A DNA stretch of 64,000 nt from Smithella sp. (GTDB taxonomy: Bacteria; Desulfobacterota; Syntrophia; Syntrophales; Smithellaceae), in contig JBATES010000252.1 of assembly GCA_049664145.1 (NCBI GenBank), forward strand, positions 3,371 through 67,370. Reading direction: 5' to 3'. Shown piece by piece: positions 47,800 through 57,934 of this stretch; positions within the stretch are counted from its first letter, which is position 1; each line of letters opens with the position of its first letter. The notes beneath the pieces are model-generated. The model was not told where the DNA came from and ran no database searches. It saw only the letters and a list, made by a program, of their open reading frames with translations. Both the position numbers and the translations under genes were made by a program.

Positions 47800-48192
47800 A
47801 TGTTTTTTGTTCTGCACATTTTATTGATGGTGACCGCCACGTCAGGTTTTCTTGCCGGCGTCACTGCAGCCATCTTCTTTAGACGAAAGAAAAACTGGCT
47901 AATATTTCACAAAACAGTCAACGCTTCAAGCTTCGCCGGGATGATGGCAGGCATTATGATGGCTTTTCTTTATGTTGCTGGGTCCAGCGGCGAACATTTG
48001 AAAGGATATCATCAGATGGCCGGTTTAACGGCTTTTGTATTTTCCTTCATCACACTGATGGTCGGCTACCGTCAATTTAAAGTTAAAAATAAACAGGCCT
48101 TCAGAAATATGCACCGCTGGCTGGGACGTTTTTCTGTTGTCATTTTATTGTCGGCAATCATTTTGGGGCTTATGCTGATTAATATATTTTAA
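47800..48192 (+). CDS. Four-TM membrane protein of unknown function
   Basis: 130 aa with four hydrophobic helices. Histidines lie in helix 1 (H6) and at the starts of helices 2-4 (H37, H71, H105). Confidence 0.5.
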   Translation: MFFVLHILLMVTATSGFLAGVTAAIFFRRKKNWLIFHKTVNASSFAGMMAGIMMAFLYVAGSSGEHLKGYHQMAGLTAFVFSFITLMVGYRQFKVKNKQAFRNMHRWLGRFSVVILLSAIILGLMLINIF

Positions 48193-48221
48193 ATCAATCC
48201 TGCTGGTCTTTTTGTCAAAGT

Positions 48222-49922
48222 ATGTTTCTTCCCACAACCGGTGACGAGTTAAAAAAATTAAAATGGGATCAACCCGATGTGATTCTGGTCACTGGCGATG
48301 CCTATATTGACAGTCCGTTTATCGGCGTTTCCATAATCGGCCGCGTTCTTTCTCGTGCGGGATTCCGCGTGGGCATTATCGCGCAACCTGACTGGCACAG
48401 CGGCATAGATATCTGCCGGTTGGGCGAACCCAGGCTATTCTGGGGCATTACCGGCGGCTGCATGGATTCCATGGTGGCCAATTACACAGCCTTGAAGAAA
48501 AAAAGACTCAGCGACGATTTGACTGCCGGAGGGAAAAACACCCGCCGTCCTGATCGCGCTGTTGTCGTGTACGCCAACCTGATCCGACAATTCTTTAAAG
48601 ATACAAAACCGCTGATCCTGGGAGGCGTTGAGGCCAGCATGCGCAGAATCGCTCATTATGATTACTGGTCCGACTCCGTCCGTCGCTCAATTCTTTTTGA
48701 CGCCCGTGCCGATTATCTGATTTACGGAATGGCAGAGAAATCAACTTTGGAAATCGCTGAAAAATTAAGAGATGGCCGGGATATCAAAAACATCAGGGGA
48801 ATTGGTTATATCTCCTCTGCCCCGCTGCCGGATTATACGGAATTGCCCGCTTATGAGGACGTGATCGCGGATAAAAAACGCTTTGTTCAGATGTTTAAAA
48901 CATTTTATCAGAATAACGATCCTCTGACGGCGCACGGCTTATTTCAAAAACACGGCAATCGTTATCTTATTCAAAACCCTCCTCAATCCCTTTTGACCAC
49001 CGAAGAACTGGATGAAATCTATGCGCTCAACTTCTCCCGGAATGTTCATCCTTTTTACGCAAGACAGGGAAAAGTCAAGGCGATGGAAACGATTAAATTC
49101 TCTATTACCTCCCACCGCGGTTGTTATGGTGAATGTAATTTCTGCTCCATCGGTCTGCATGAAGGCAGAGCCATCACCAGCCGTTCTGAAAATTCGATTA
49201 TGAAAGAAGCGAAAATAATAGCCGCTTTGCCGGATTTCAAAGGTTACCTGCTGGATGTCGGCGGGGCTTCAGCCAATATGTACGGCATTGATTGCTCAAA
49301 AAAACAGACAACTGGAGCGTGCCAGAACAAAAGATGCCTTTATCCACGAGTCTGCTCGAATTTAAATATTAATCATCACAGACAAATCAATTTGTTGAAG
49401 AATTTGCGAAAGATGAAAGGCATTAAAAAGGTTTTTGTCGCATCCGGAATCCGATATGATTTGCTTCTCGGAGACCAACAACACGGCCGTGGATATATGC
49501 GGGAGCTGGTTGAACATCATATTTCCGGTCAACTAAAAGTGGCTCCCGAACATGTGGCGCCGGCAACGCTCAAGCACATGGGCAAACCACCGACAAGTTT
49601 ATTACGGGGCTTTAAAAAAATGTTTGAGAAAATTAATGAATCGCTACGAAAGAATCAGTTCCTCACTTATTATTTCATTGCCGCCCATCCCGGCTGTACT
49701 GAAGAAGATATGCGATTGCTTAAATCCTTCGCCGGGAAAGAATTGCAAACCAATCCCCGGCAGACACAGATTTTCACCCCTCTCCCTTCCACTTTTTCTA
49801 CGCTGATGTATTTTACAGAATTTAATCCGTTTGAAAAAAAGAAAATCTTTGTTGAAAAAAACTTAAAAAGAAAACAAAAACAGAAAGATATTCTTGCCGG
49901 CAATACTGCGATTCGCAAATAG
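48222..49922 (+). CDS. ygiQ: YgiQ-family radical SAM protein
   Basis: CYGECNFCS (CX3CX2C) motif and the family-typical N-terminus FLPTT..E...W...DVILVTGDAYIDSP. Confidence 0.85.
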   Translation: MFLPTTGDELKKLKWDQPDVILVTGDAYIDSPFIGVSIIGRVLSRAGFRVGIIAQPDWHSGIDICRLGEPRLFWGITGGCMDSMVANYTALKKKRLSDDLTAGGKNTRRPDRAVVVYANLIRQFFKDTKPLILGGVEASMRRIAHYDYWSDSVRRSILFDARADYLIYGMAEKSTLEIAEKLRDGRDIKNIRGIGYISSAPLPDYTELPAYEDVIADKKRFVQMFKTFYQNNDPLTAHGLFQKHGNRYLIQNPPQSLLTTEELDEIYALNFSRNVHPFYARQGKVKAMETIKFSITSHRGCYGECNFCSIGLHEGRAITSRSENSIMKEAKIIAALPDFKGYLLDVGGASANMYGIDCSKKQTTGACQNKRCLYPRVCSNLNINHHRQINLLKNLRKMKGIKKVFVASGIRYDLLLGDQQHGRGYMRELVEHHISGQLKVAPEHVAPATLKHMGKPPTSLLRGFKKMFEKINESLRKNQFLTYYFIAAHPGCTEEDMRLLKSFAGKELQTNPRQTQIFTPLPSTFSTLMYFTEFNPFEKKKIFVEKNLKRKQKQKDILAGNTAIRK

Positions 49923-49992
49923 ATGAGCGCGCTGACCTGATGAGGGAAAGGATTAGCTTTGCCAATGAATTTTCTTGAAATGGCTTCACAGG

Positions 49993-50030
49993 AAAAAAGG
50001 GTTGCCATGACTGTTCATCTGCAACCCTTT
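49993..50030 (-). terminator. Terminator after the tRNA operon (also faces ygiQ)
   Basis: 7-bp stem GGGTTGC/GCAACCC with a 15-nt loop. TTTTTT follows on the minus strand, and a weaker TTTCAT on the plus strand. Confidence 0.6.
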
Positions 50031-50039
50031 CATCGTATC

Positions 50040-50115
50040 TGGAGGCGGCACCCGGACTTGAACCGGGGAATAACGGTTTTGCAGACCGCTGCCTTAGCCA
50101 CTTGGCTATGCCGCC
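50040..50115 (-). tRNA. tRNA-Cys (GCA)
   Basis: Cloverleaf folded by hand: acceptor GGCGGCA/TGCCGCC, anticodon stem GCGGT/ACCGT with loop CTGCAAA, T-arm CCCGG-TTCAAGT-CCGGG, encoded CCA. Confidence 0.9.
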
Positions 50116-50128
50116 CTAAAAATAAAAA

Positions 50129-50203
50129 TGGAGCGGGCGAACGGATTTGAACCGTCGACGTCTACCTTGGCAAGGTAGCACTCTACCGCTGAGTTACGCC
50201 CGC
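50129..50203 (-). tRNA. tRNA-Gly (GCC)
   Basis: Acceptor GCGGGCG/CGCCCGC, D-arm ACTC-AGCGGTA-GAGT, anticodon stem CTACC/GGTAG with loop TTGCCAA, T-loop TTCAAAT, encoded CCA. Confidence 0.9.
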
Positions 50204-50221
50204 TCATTAGAAGCGTTGGTG

Positions 50222-50249
50222 ACTATAACAAATAGATATTTATTGTCAA
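50222..50249 (-). promoter_or_regulatory. Sigma-70-type promoter of the tRNA-Gly/tRNA-Cys operon
   Basis: Minus strand reads TTGACA-N16-TATAGT with an A/T-rich upstream tract. The -10 element ends about 18 nt before the tRNA-Gly 5' end. Confidence 0.6.
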
Positions 50250-50317
50250 TAAAAATGTTAAAAATATTTAAAAAAAAGGTCTTGTTTCTTAATCATCATC
50301 ATGGATGCAGCACAAAC

Positions 50318-50887
50318 TCAATCTTGTCCTGTTTTTTCAACACTTTGATAAAGTTTAACAAAATAATCAATGCCTGAATAAACCGTGAGGAATAAAGCAA
50401 TATACAGAATCACCATGCCCACCGCATGAGCATTGATACCAAAAAGAGGATAATGAATCATCAATGCGGTTACGGCTATGATCTGTGTCACCGTTTTTTG
50501 TTTTCCCAGAATGCTTGCTTGAATATAAATACCTTCAGATGAAGCGATGCTGCGAATGACATCCACAATCAAATCGCGGATAATAGTTACGGCAACGATC
50601 CATGCCGGAATGCGGTTGATGGGAATCATCAAGATCATCGCGGAATTAACAATAATTTTATCCGCGATGGGATCGAGAAATTTCCCCATGGTCGTAATCA
50701 TCTGATATTTTCTGGCCACATAACCGTCGAGAAAATCGGTAATGGACACAAGCACAAACAAAGCTGCAAGGACCAGACTCCAGAACTCCCCCGGATCTGA
50801 AAGCAGAAAAAAAAGAAACGGAACAGAATTGATGCGTATTAAAGTTATTGTGTTGGGCAAATTTAGAGTTTCATTTCTTGAAATCAT
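50318..50887 (-). CDS. pgsA: CDP-diacylglycerol--glycerol-3-phosphate 3-phosphatidyltransferase
   Basis: CDP-alcohol phosphotransferase motif DGYVARK...GKFLDPIADK. Confidence 0.9.
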   Translation of the reverse strand: MISRNETLNLPNTITLIRINSVPFLFFLLSDPGEFWSLVLAALFVLVSITDFLDGYVARKYQMITTMGKFLDPIADKIIVNSAMILMIPINRIPAWIVAVTIIRDLIVDVIRSIASSEGIYIQASILGKQKTVTQIIAVTALMIHYPLFGINAHAVGMVILYIALFLTVYSGIDYFVKLYQSVEKTGQD

Positions 50888-50921
50888 ACTTCATGCCTGC
50901 ATTGCCAATCGAATTGATTTT

Positions 50922-51569
50922 TTATTTATTGGGTACTTTCTTCCAGTCATTTAAAAACGTCTCGATGCCTTGATCGGTCAGCGGATGCTTCACCAGTTGT
51001 GCAATGACCTTGTAGGGAATGGTCGCGATATCCGCTCCCATGAATGCGGCATCCAAAACGTGTCTCGGGTGGCGGATGCTGGCAACGATCACTTCCGTCT
51101 CGTAACAGTAATTTTCATAGATTGTAATAATCTGTTCAACCAGTTCCATCCCGTCGTGAGCGATATCATCCAGTCTGCCTACAAAAGGACTGACATATCG
51201 GGCGCCGGCTTTTGCCGCCATCAGCGCCTGCAGCGGAGAAAATATTAAAGTCTGATTCACATCAATGCCTGCATCGGCAAACATTCTTGTTGCTTTTAAC
51301 CCTTCGGTGCAAAGAGGAACCTTGATGACAACATTACTGCCCAGACGCGCCAGTTTTTTCCCCTCGGCGAACATTTCCTTAGCATTCAGACTCAGCACTT
51401 CCAGACTGACCGGCCCTTTGACCACTTTCAGTATTTCTTTTACAACCGCATCAAACCCTTTTTTCTCTTTGGCAATCAGCGATGGATTTGTGGTCACGCC
51501 GTCAACCATCCCCAGCGCAATTCCTTCTTTGATTTCTTCAATACTCGCGGTATCAATAAAAAACTTCAT
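50922..51569 (-). CDS. fsa: Fructose-6-phosphate aldolase / type 3B transaldolase
   Basis: [27 protein letters not shown] 51569 is preceded by GAGGAGA; the track ORF starts 18 nt upstream. Confidence 0.9.
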   Translation of the reverse strand: MKFFIDTASIEEIKEGIALGMVDGVTTNPSLIAKEKKGFDAVVKEILKVVKGPVSLEVLSLNAKEMFAEGKKLARLGSNVVIKVPLCTEGLKATRMFADAGIDVNQTLIFSPLQALMAAKAGARYVSPFVGRLDDIAHDGMELVEQIITIYENYCYETEVIVASIRHPRHVLDAAFMGADIATIPYKVIAQLVKHPLTDQGIETFLNDWKKVPNK

Positions 51570-51583
51570 AATTTCTCCTCTGA

Positions 51584-51850
51584 TCAATGATCTTTGTTTA
51601 AGGTGTATTTATCGCTGCATTGTTTACTGCAAAAGTAGTAATCCCTGCCGGATATTTCTTTTTTATACGCCTGACTTACGGGAACATACGTATGACAGAC
51701 AGGATCCTCAATCAATTCTTCACCTTTGTCTGATGAGAATGGGGGCTGATTATCTTTATGGTCAGCCGGCTTCAATTGTCCAACTTTCTTAAATATCTGA
51801 TACAGGAAATAAACGACGAAGACAGATATTATAAATTTGACCATGTTCAT
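51584..51850 (-). CDS. Membrane-anchored YHS/TRASH-domain protein
   Basis: N-terminal TM helix, then DPVCHTYV...[12 protein letters not shown] (YHS-type metal-binding motif). Confidence 0.65.
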   Translation of the reverse strand: MNMVKFIISVFVVYFLYQIFKKVGQLKPADHKDNQPPFSSDKGEELIEDPVCHTYVPVSQAYKKEISGRDYYFCSKQCSDKYTLNKDH

Positions 51851-51863
51851 AAACCTATCGAAT

Positions 51864-52376
51864 CTACCTTTCTTCTATGACGATCTCAACCAATTTATTG
51901 TCACATAACCTGTCTTTCAGTCCGCGAATGGATACGCCAAACGAAGGATGAATGAAATACGAAGCTATTTCACAGAGCGGTTCCAGAACAAATCGCCTTT
52001 TATGAATTTCGGGATGTGGAACAATCAAATTCTGTTCAGAAATGACATGCTGTCCGTAAAAAAGGAGATCAAGATCAATAATCCTCGGACCGCCTTTCAT
52101 ATCTCTCACTCGTCCCATATCATTTTCAATATTTTGCAAAGTCTGCATGAGATGATAAACAGGAAGATCCGTTTTTATTTCAATTACCGCATTGATGAAA
52201 AAGTCCTGATCTTCTATCCCCACAGGCTCTGTTTTGTAAAAAGATGATGTTGTTATTAATTTGATTTCTTTTACGCGGGAAAGATTTTCTATTGCTTCCC
52301 GGCAGTTTTTAATGGATTTGCCAAGATTAGAACCGATCCCGATATAAGCAATTGTGCCGTTCAAATATTCAGACAA
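51864..52376 (-). CDS. folK: 2-amino-4-hydroxy-6-hydroxymethyldihydropteridine diphosphokinase
   Basis: AYIGIGSNLG, GPRIIDLDLL, LIVPHPEIHKRRFVLEPL. Confidence 0.9.
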   Translation of the reverse strand: MSEYLNGTIAYIGIGSNLGKSIKNCREAIENLSRVKEIKLITTSSFYKTEPVGIEDQDFFINAVIEIKTDLPVYHLMQTLQNIENDMGRVRDMKGGPRIIDLDLLFYGQHVISEQNLIVPHPEIHKRRFVLEPLCEIASYFIHPSFGVSIRGLKDRLCDNKLVEIVIEER

Positions 52377-53185
52377 CCTTCATGGGGATCTCTTAAGCCT
52401 AAAACGTCCTGCATATCATATAATCCGTTTTTCTGATTCACAATCCATTGCGCCGCCCGGATCGCTCCTTTCGCAAAGTTATCCCGGCTGTGTGCACGAT
52501 GAATAAATTCCAGTCTTTCCCCCACTCCGCCAAAGATAACCGTGTGATCGCCGACGATATCACCGGCTCGGATGGTCTGTATGCCGATCTCTTTTTTAGT
52601 TCTCTCTCCAATCATACCCCGACGGCTATAAAGCAAATCTTTTTCCATGCTACGTCCCAATTTTCCGGCAATGACTTTTGCTATCTGCATGGCCGTACCA
52701 CTGGGAGCGTCCTTTTTTAAATTATGATGCGCTTCAATAATTTCCACGTCATAATCATCTTTCAGAATACCGGCACAATATTCGAGAACCTTTAACATCA
52801 CATTGACCCCGACACTCATGTTGGGTGTTAATACGCAACGGATGTTTTGAGCCAACCCTTTTATCTCCTTCATTTCAGTATCGGTAAATCCGGTAGATCC
52901 GACAACAATGGCACGGTTTTTCTCACCGGCAACTTTCAAATAATTCAGCGAAGCTTCATGGTTGGTGAAGTCGATGACAACATCTGCCTGTTCAATGCAG
53001 GCGGACAAATTATCGCAGACAATGATCCCTTTCTTACCCAATCCCTGACCGATGTCCCGTCCGACAATCGGGTGACCTGGTATTTCAACTGCTCCGACAA
53101 CCTCAATATTGTCCATGTTTGAAATGAGGCTGATAATTTTGCCACCCATTCTTCCAGCGACTCCCGTTACCACGGCTTTAATCAT
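52361..53185 (-). CDS. dapB: 4-hydroxy-tetrahydrodipicolinate reductase
   Basis: VTGVAGRMG, EAHHNLKKDAPSGTA. Confidence 0.95.
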   Translation of the reverse strand: MIKAVVTGVAGRMGGKIISLISNMDNIEVVGAVEIPGHPIVGRDIGQGLGKKGIIVCDNLSACIEQADVVIDFTNHEASLNYLKVAGEKNRAIVVGSTGFTDTEMKEIKGLAQNIRCVLTPNMSVGVNVMLKVLEYCAGILKDDYDVEIIEAHHNLKKDAPSGTAMQIAKVIAGKLGRSMEKDLLYSRRGMIGERTKKEIGIQTIRAGDIVGDHTVIFGGVGERLEFIHRAHSRDNFAKGAIRAAQWIVNQKNGLYDMQDVLGLRDPHEGCLNI

Positions 53186-53219
53186 AAATAGGCCTCCTGA
53201 TTCTGCAGATGTCTTTACA

Positions 53220-54092
53220 TTAAATCAATCCGTAATCGGTCATCATCTTCTTTAACTTTTCATGATTGGCATCGGACATTTTACAAAGAGGCAATCTGTA
53301 TTCGCACTCAATCTTGCCCATTAACGCCAGAGCCGCTTTGACCGGAACAGGATTCACTTCGATAAAAAGCGCGTCAATCAAAGGACTCATCTTATAATGC
53401 AGAGACTTGGCTTTTGCCATGTCACCGGCAAAACATGCATCCACCAGTCCGGCCATATCCGCAGGCACCACGTTGGAAACAACAGATATAATTCCCGCTC
53501 CGCCAATGGCCATCAGCGGCATGGTAAAGATATCGTCACCGGACAACACAGCAAAATCCTTTCCACAAAGATTGATGACATCACTCATTTGTTTGATGGA
53601 GCCCGACGCTTCCTTGATGCCGACTATATTCTTTATCCTGGCCAGCCGGGCAACCAATTCCGGCAGCATATTGACACCGGTACGCGATGCGATATTATAC
53701 GGGATGATCGGTATGGGAACGCTTTCAGCTATCGTTTTGAAATGCTGATAAAGGCCTTCCTGCGTCGGTCTGTTGTAATAGGGACTGACGATCAAAGCTC
53801 CGTCCGCTCCGGCTTCATAGGCATGTCTGGTCAAACGCAGGGCTTCGGCCGTATTGTTCGATCCCGTTCCGGCAATAACCGGCACCCTCTTTTGAACGGC
53901 GTCGATGGTTATTTCAATAACCCGGTCATGTTCTTCATGCGTCAAAGTAGCCGACTCCCCCGTTGTTCCGCATGGAACAATGGCGTCAGTGCCATTGGCA
54001 ATCTGAAATTCTATCAGTTCACGTAAAGCTTGCTCATCAATCTGATTGTTCTTAAATGGTGTAACAATCGCGACCATCGCACCTTTGAACAT
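53220..54092 (-). CDS. dapA: 4-hydroxy-tetrahydrodipicolinate synthase
   Basis: GAMVAIVTPF, GTTGESATL, YNRPTQEG, IVGIKEASG (active-site Lys). Confidence 0.95.
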   Translation of the reverse strand: MFKGAMVAIVTPFKNNQIDEQALRELIEFQIANGTDAIVPCGTTGESATLTHEEHDRVIEITIDAVQKRVPVIAGTGSNNTAEALRLTRHAYEAGADGALIVSPYYNRPTQEGLYQHFKTIAESVPIPIIPYNIASRTGVNMLPELVARLARIKNIVGIKEASGSIKQMSDVINLCGKDFAVLSGDDIFTMPLMAIGGAGIISVVSNVVPADMAGLVDACFAGDMAKAKSLHYKMSPLIDALFIEVNPVPVKAALALMGKIECEYRLPLCKMSDANHEKLKKMMTDYGLI

Positions 54093-54149
54093 AAAAGGTC
54101 TCCTTCATGATTCCATCTTTAATATTTTATCTTGAATACAATAAAGCGT

Positions 54150-54425
54150 TCATAAACTTTTTAAACAATCTTTGCAATGATTACCTTGGGTGTCCCATGC
54201 ACTTTTTTGTAATGTAATATCATGATATTTTAAAGCTTGAGCATGAACATCCCGTTTAAGTAACATTAAATGATCGGATGCCGTAACTTTCAGATTTCGC
54301 ACAACTTGTCTGTTGCCGGAATAATTTTTCAACACAACGGGGTTATTTTTTACACCGCAGCCCCAAATAACCGCAAGCAAAAATATGCATGTTACTATAT
54401 TAAATTTCACCAATGCTTTTTTCAA
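54150..54425 (-). CDS. Small putative lipoprotein
   Basis: Signal peptide with lipobox-like VIWGC. Sits between argH and dapA and overlaps the argH 3' end by 26 nt. No recognised family. Confidence 0.4.
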   Translation of the reverse strand: MKKALVKFNIVTCIFLLAVIWGCGVKNNPVVLKNYSGNRQVVRNLKVTASDHLMLLKRDVHAQALKYHDITLQKSAWDTQGNHCKDCLKSL

Positions 54426-55788
54426 GCTCTTTTATCCTTTGCAGTACGGTTTTTGTTGCGGTCCCCCCCGTATGCTGACGCGAATTTACGGCATTTTCCA
54501 GTTTGATGATATTTTTGATATCATCATTAAAACATTTATCAAAATCTCGATATTCTTTTATGGTCAGATTCTCCAGATATTTATTATTCTTCAGACAATA
54601 AGCAATGATTTTTCCTGTAATTTCATGCGCCCGGCGAAACGGGATGCCCTTTCTCACGAGGTACTCCGCAACATCTGTAGCCGTGGAAAATCCTCCCCTG
54701 GCTGATAAATTCATTTTCTGAGCATTAAATGTTGTATTGTTGATCATCTCTGTAAAAATGGACAGGCAAGCTTTAACCGTATCCACAGCGTCAAATAAAG
54801 GCTCCTTATCTTCCTGCAAATCGCGATTATACGTCATGGGCAGCCCTTTCAGAAGCGTCATAATTGTTACAAGATCGCCGTAAACACGGGCGGTTTTCCC
54901 CCGGATCAGTTCTGCAATATCAGGATTTTTTTTCTGCGGCATGATGCTGCTGCCTGTTGTATAGGCATCGGATATTTCCACAAAGCCAAATTCATCCGAA
55001 GACCACAATACCAGATCCTCGCAGAACCGGCTCAAATGCATCATCACCAGCGACGCGTCAAAAATAAATTCCGCGACAAAGTCCCGGTCCGCCACCGTAT
55101 CCATACTATTTTTAGTTATAGCGGGAAATTGAAGCATTTTTGCGGTAATCCCGCGATCAATGGGTAAACTTGTGCCGGCAAGCGCTGCGGCACCCAATGG
55201 CAGAACATTCAAGCGATTACCACATTCCCTTAATCTTTGAGCATCACGTGTAAACATTTCTACAAAGGCAAGCAGGTAATGAGAAAGCAATACCGGCTGC
55301 GCTTTTTGCATATGGGTATAACCGGGCATGATGATTTTGATTTCTTTTTTAGCCAGGCGCAATAAGGATCTCTGCAGAATACCTATGGAAGCGATGATGT
55401 TTTTTATTTCTGTCCGGAGAAAAAGTCTAACATCCAAAACCACCTGATCATTGCGGCTTCTTGCTGTGTGAAGCTTTCCTCCAATGTCGCCAATTCGTCT
55501 GATGAGTTCCTTTTCCACAGCCATATGAATGTCTTCATCGCCGGACATGAATTGAAATTTGCCCTGTTCAATGTCTTTCAAAATAGCTTTTAATGCGGAA
55601 ACAATTTTTAATGACTCGCTTTTCGAAATTATATTTTGCCGGGCAAGCATCGTTGCGTGAGCGATGGACCCTTCAATATCATAAGGATAAAGTCGTTGAT
55701 CAAACTGAATCGAAGAAGTGAACTTGTCAACGCTCTCAGCCGTCGCTTTCTGAAAGCGCCCCCCCCATGGTTTTTTGCTGTCAGCCAT
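54400..55788 (-). CDS. argH: Argininosuccinate lyase
   Basis: WGGRF N-terminus, GSSIMPQKKNPD signature. Confidence 0.95.
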   Translation of the reverse strand: MADSKKPWGGRFQKATAESVDKFTSSIQFDQRLYPYDIEGSIAHATMLARQNIISKSESLKIVSALKAILKDIEQGKFQFMSGDEDIHMAVEKELIRRIGDIGGKLHTARSRNDQVVLDVRLFLRTEIKNIIASIGILQRSLLRLAKKEIKIIMPGYTHMQKAQPVLLSHYLLAFVEMFTRDAQRLRECGNRLNVLPLGAAALAGTSLPIDRGITAKMLQFPAITKNSMDTVADRDFVAEFIFDASLVMMHLSRFCEDLVLWSSDEFGFVEISDAYTTGSSIMPQKKNPDIAELIRGKTARVYGDLVTIMTLLKGLPMTYNRDLQEDKEPLFDAVDTVKACLSIFTEMINNTTFNAQKMNLSARGGFSTATDVAEYLVRKGIPFRRAHEITGKIIAYCLKNNKYLENLTIKEYRDFDKCFNDDIKNIIKLENAVNSRQHTGGTATKTVLQRIKELEKSIGEI

Positions 55789-55804
55789 GCGTTATCTCCG
55801 CCCT

Positions 55805-57013
55805 TTATTTTTTTAACATCTTCTGGATGATTAAGCGCAATCCATTCAATTTAATAAATCCTATCGCGTCTTTCTGATTATACACCTGATCTTTTTCAAA
55901 AGTAGCAAAGGATTCACTGTACAACGAATAAGGTGATTTCCGCCCGACAACGATACAGTTCCCCTTATACAATTTCATGCGCGTCGTACCGGTAACATTT
56001 TCCTGAGTCGCGTCAATATAGGTCTGGAGCGTCTTCATTTCCGGCGAATACCAGAATCCGTTATACGCAAGTTGAGCATATTTAGGTATAAGAGAATCCC
56101 GCATGAACATGACCTCCCGATCCATCGTTATCGATTCCAGCGCGCGATGGGCCGCCCAGAGTACCGTGCCACCGGGAGTTTCATAAACGCCTCTGGATTT
56201 CATTCCGACAAAGCGATTTTCCACCATATCCATCCGGCCGATGCCGTTGGCTCCGGCAACGGTATTCATATAATCCATCAGGGTTGCCGGGGACATCTTT
56301 TTCCCGTTCACCGCGACAGGATTTCCTTTTTGAAAAGCAATTTCCACATAGGTCGGTTTATCCGGAGATTTTTCCGGAGATTTTGTCAACACAAAGATAT
56401 TCTCCGGAGGCTCGGCCCACGGATCTTCCAGAATTCCACCTTCATGGGAGATATGCAACAGATTGCGATCCGAACTGTACGGTTTCGCTTTGGTCAGTGG
56501 AATGGGAATCTTATATTTTTTGGCGTAATCAAACATCGATTCGCGGGAATCAAATATCCAGTTATCATCCTTCCAGGCCGCAATAATTTTAATGGACGGA
56601 TTTAAAGCGTAGTAGGTCAATTCAAACCTCACCTGATCATTGCCTTTGCCGGTCGCGCCATGAGATACCGCGTCGGCTTTTTCCTTTTTGGCGATTTCGA
56701 TCTGTCTTCTGGCGATCAGGGGTCTGGCCAGAGAAGTGCCTAAAAGATAAGTTCCTTCGTAAATCGCATTGGCGCGCAGTGCCGGAAACACAAAATCCCG
56801 GGCGAATTCTTCTCTTAAGTCCTCTATATATATTTTACTGGCTCCGGTATTAATTGCTTTTTCCTTTAATCCGGTTAATTCTTCTTTCTGCCCCACATCG
56901 GCGGCATAGCATATCACTTCACATTTGTAAGTCTCAATCAACCAGCGGACAATCACCGATGTATCCAGTCCGCCAGAATAGGCCAAAACAACTTTTTTGA
57001 TTTCTCGTGACAA
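55805..57013 (-). CDS. argG: Argininosuccinate synthase
   Basis: [25 protein letters not shown]. Confidence 0.95.
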   Translation of the reverse strand: MSREIKKVVLAYSGGLDTSVIVRWLIETYKCEVICYAADVGQKEELTGLKEKAINTGASKIYIEDLREEFARDFVFPALRANAIYEGTYLLGTSLARPLIARRQIEIAKKEKADAVSHGATGKGNDQVRFELTYYALNPSIKIIAAWKDDNWIFDSRESMFDYAKKYKIPIPLTKAKPYSSDRNLLHISHEGGILEDPWAEPPENIFVLTKSPEKSPDKPTYVEIAFQKGNPVAVNGKKMSPATLMDYMNTVAGANGIGRMDMVENRFVGMKSRGVYETPGGTVLWAAHRALESITMDREVMFMRDSLIPKYAQLAYNGFWYSPEMKTLQTYIDATQENVTGTTRMKLYKGNCIVVGRKSPYSLYSESFATFEKDQVYNQKDAIGFIKLNGLRLIIQKMLKK

Positions 57014-57025
57014 TTTTCGTTCCTC

Positions 57026-57934
57026 CTATAATAGTATTTCCAATATGGCTTTCTGCACATGCAAACGATTTTCCGCCTGATCAATCACTATCGACTGCGG
57101 ACCGTCAATAACGTCGGCAGCAATTTCTTCCCCCCTGTGCGCCGGAAGACAATGCATGACCATGGCGTCTTTTTTTGCCACCTTCAACATTTTTTTATTG
57201 ATTTGATAATCCTTAAATATTTTCTTCCTTTTTTCATGCTCCGATTCCTGACCCATACTCGCCCAGACATCCGTGTAAAGGATATCGGCATCTTTCGCCG
57301 CTTTCAGAGGATCCCGCACCAGAATAATGCCTTCCCGCGCTTCTTTTTGCCCTTTCTCCATTATCTTCTTGTCCGGATCGTAACCTGCGGGACAGGCCAG
57401 AGCGACCTGAATCGGTAGTTTTGCGGCGGCTTCAATCCATGAATTGGCAATGTTGTTGCCGTCACCGATATAGGCTATCTTTAATTTATTGTAAGAACCC
57501 TTCTTTTCCCTGATCGTAAATAAATCGCTCAGAATCTGACAGGGATGCAACAGATCAGTTAGTCCATTAATAACCGGAATCGACGCGAATCGGGCAAAAT
57601 CTTCCACACTCTGCTGGGTAAATGTTCTAATCATAATTCCATTGAGATAACGAGACATCATCTTCGCCGAATCGGCAATGATTTCACCCCGGCCGATCTG
57701 TGTGTCACGTGACGTCAGAAATAAAGCGATTCCTCCCAGTTGATACATGCCGACTTCAAATGATATTCTCGTCCGGGTGGAAGATTTATCGAAAATCATT
57801 CCCAGCGTCTTCCCTTTCAGAGAACCGTGGGGTTTGCCGTCTTTTAAAAGTTTCTTAAGCTTTCTTGCTTTTTTCCAGATGTTTTCAAAATCGCCCGATT
57901 CCAGATCGGAAATATTCAGCAAATCTTTTTTCAT
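57026..57934 (-). CDS. argF: Ornithine carbamoyltransferase
   Basis: STRTR, HPCQ and HCLP motifs. 4-nt overlap with argD. Confidence 0.9.
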   Translation of the reverse strand: MKKDLLNISDLESGDFENIWKKARKLKKLLKDGKPHGSLKGKTLGMIFDKSSTRTRISFEVGMYQLGGIALFLTSRDTQIGRGEIIADSAKMMSRYLNGIMIRTFTQQSVEDFARFASIPVINGLTDLLHPCQILSDLFTIREKKGSYNKLKIAYIGDGNNIANSWIEAAAKLPIQVALACPAGYDPDKKIMEKGQKEAREGIILVRDPLKAAKDADILYTDVWASMGQESEHEKRKKIFKDYQINKKMLKVAKKDAMVMHCLPAHRGEEIAADVIDGPQSIVIDQAENRLHVQKAILEILL

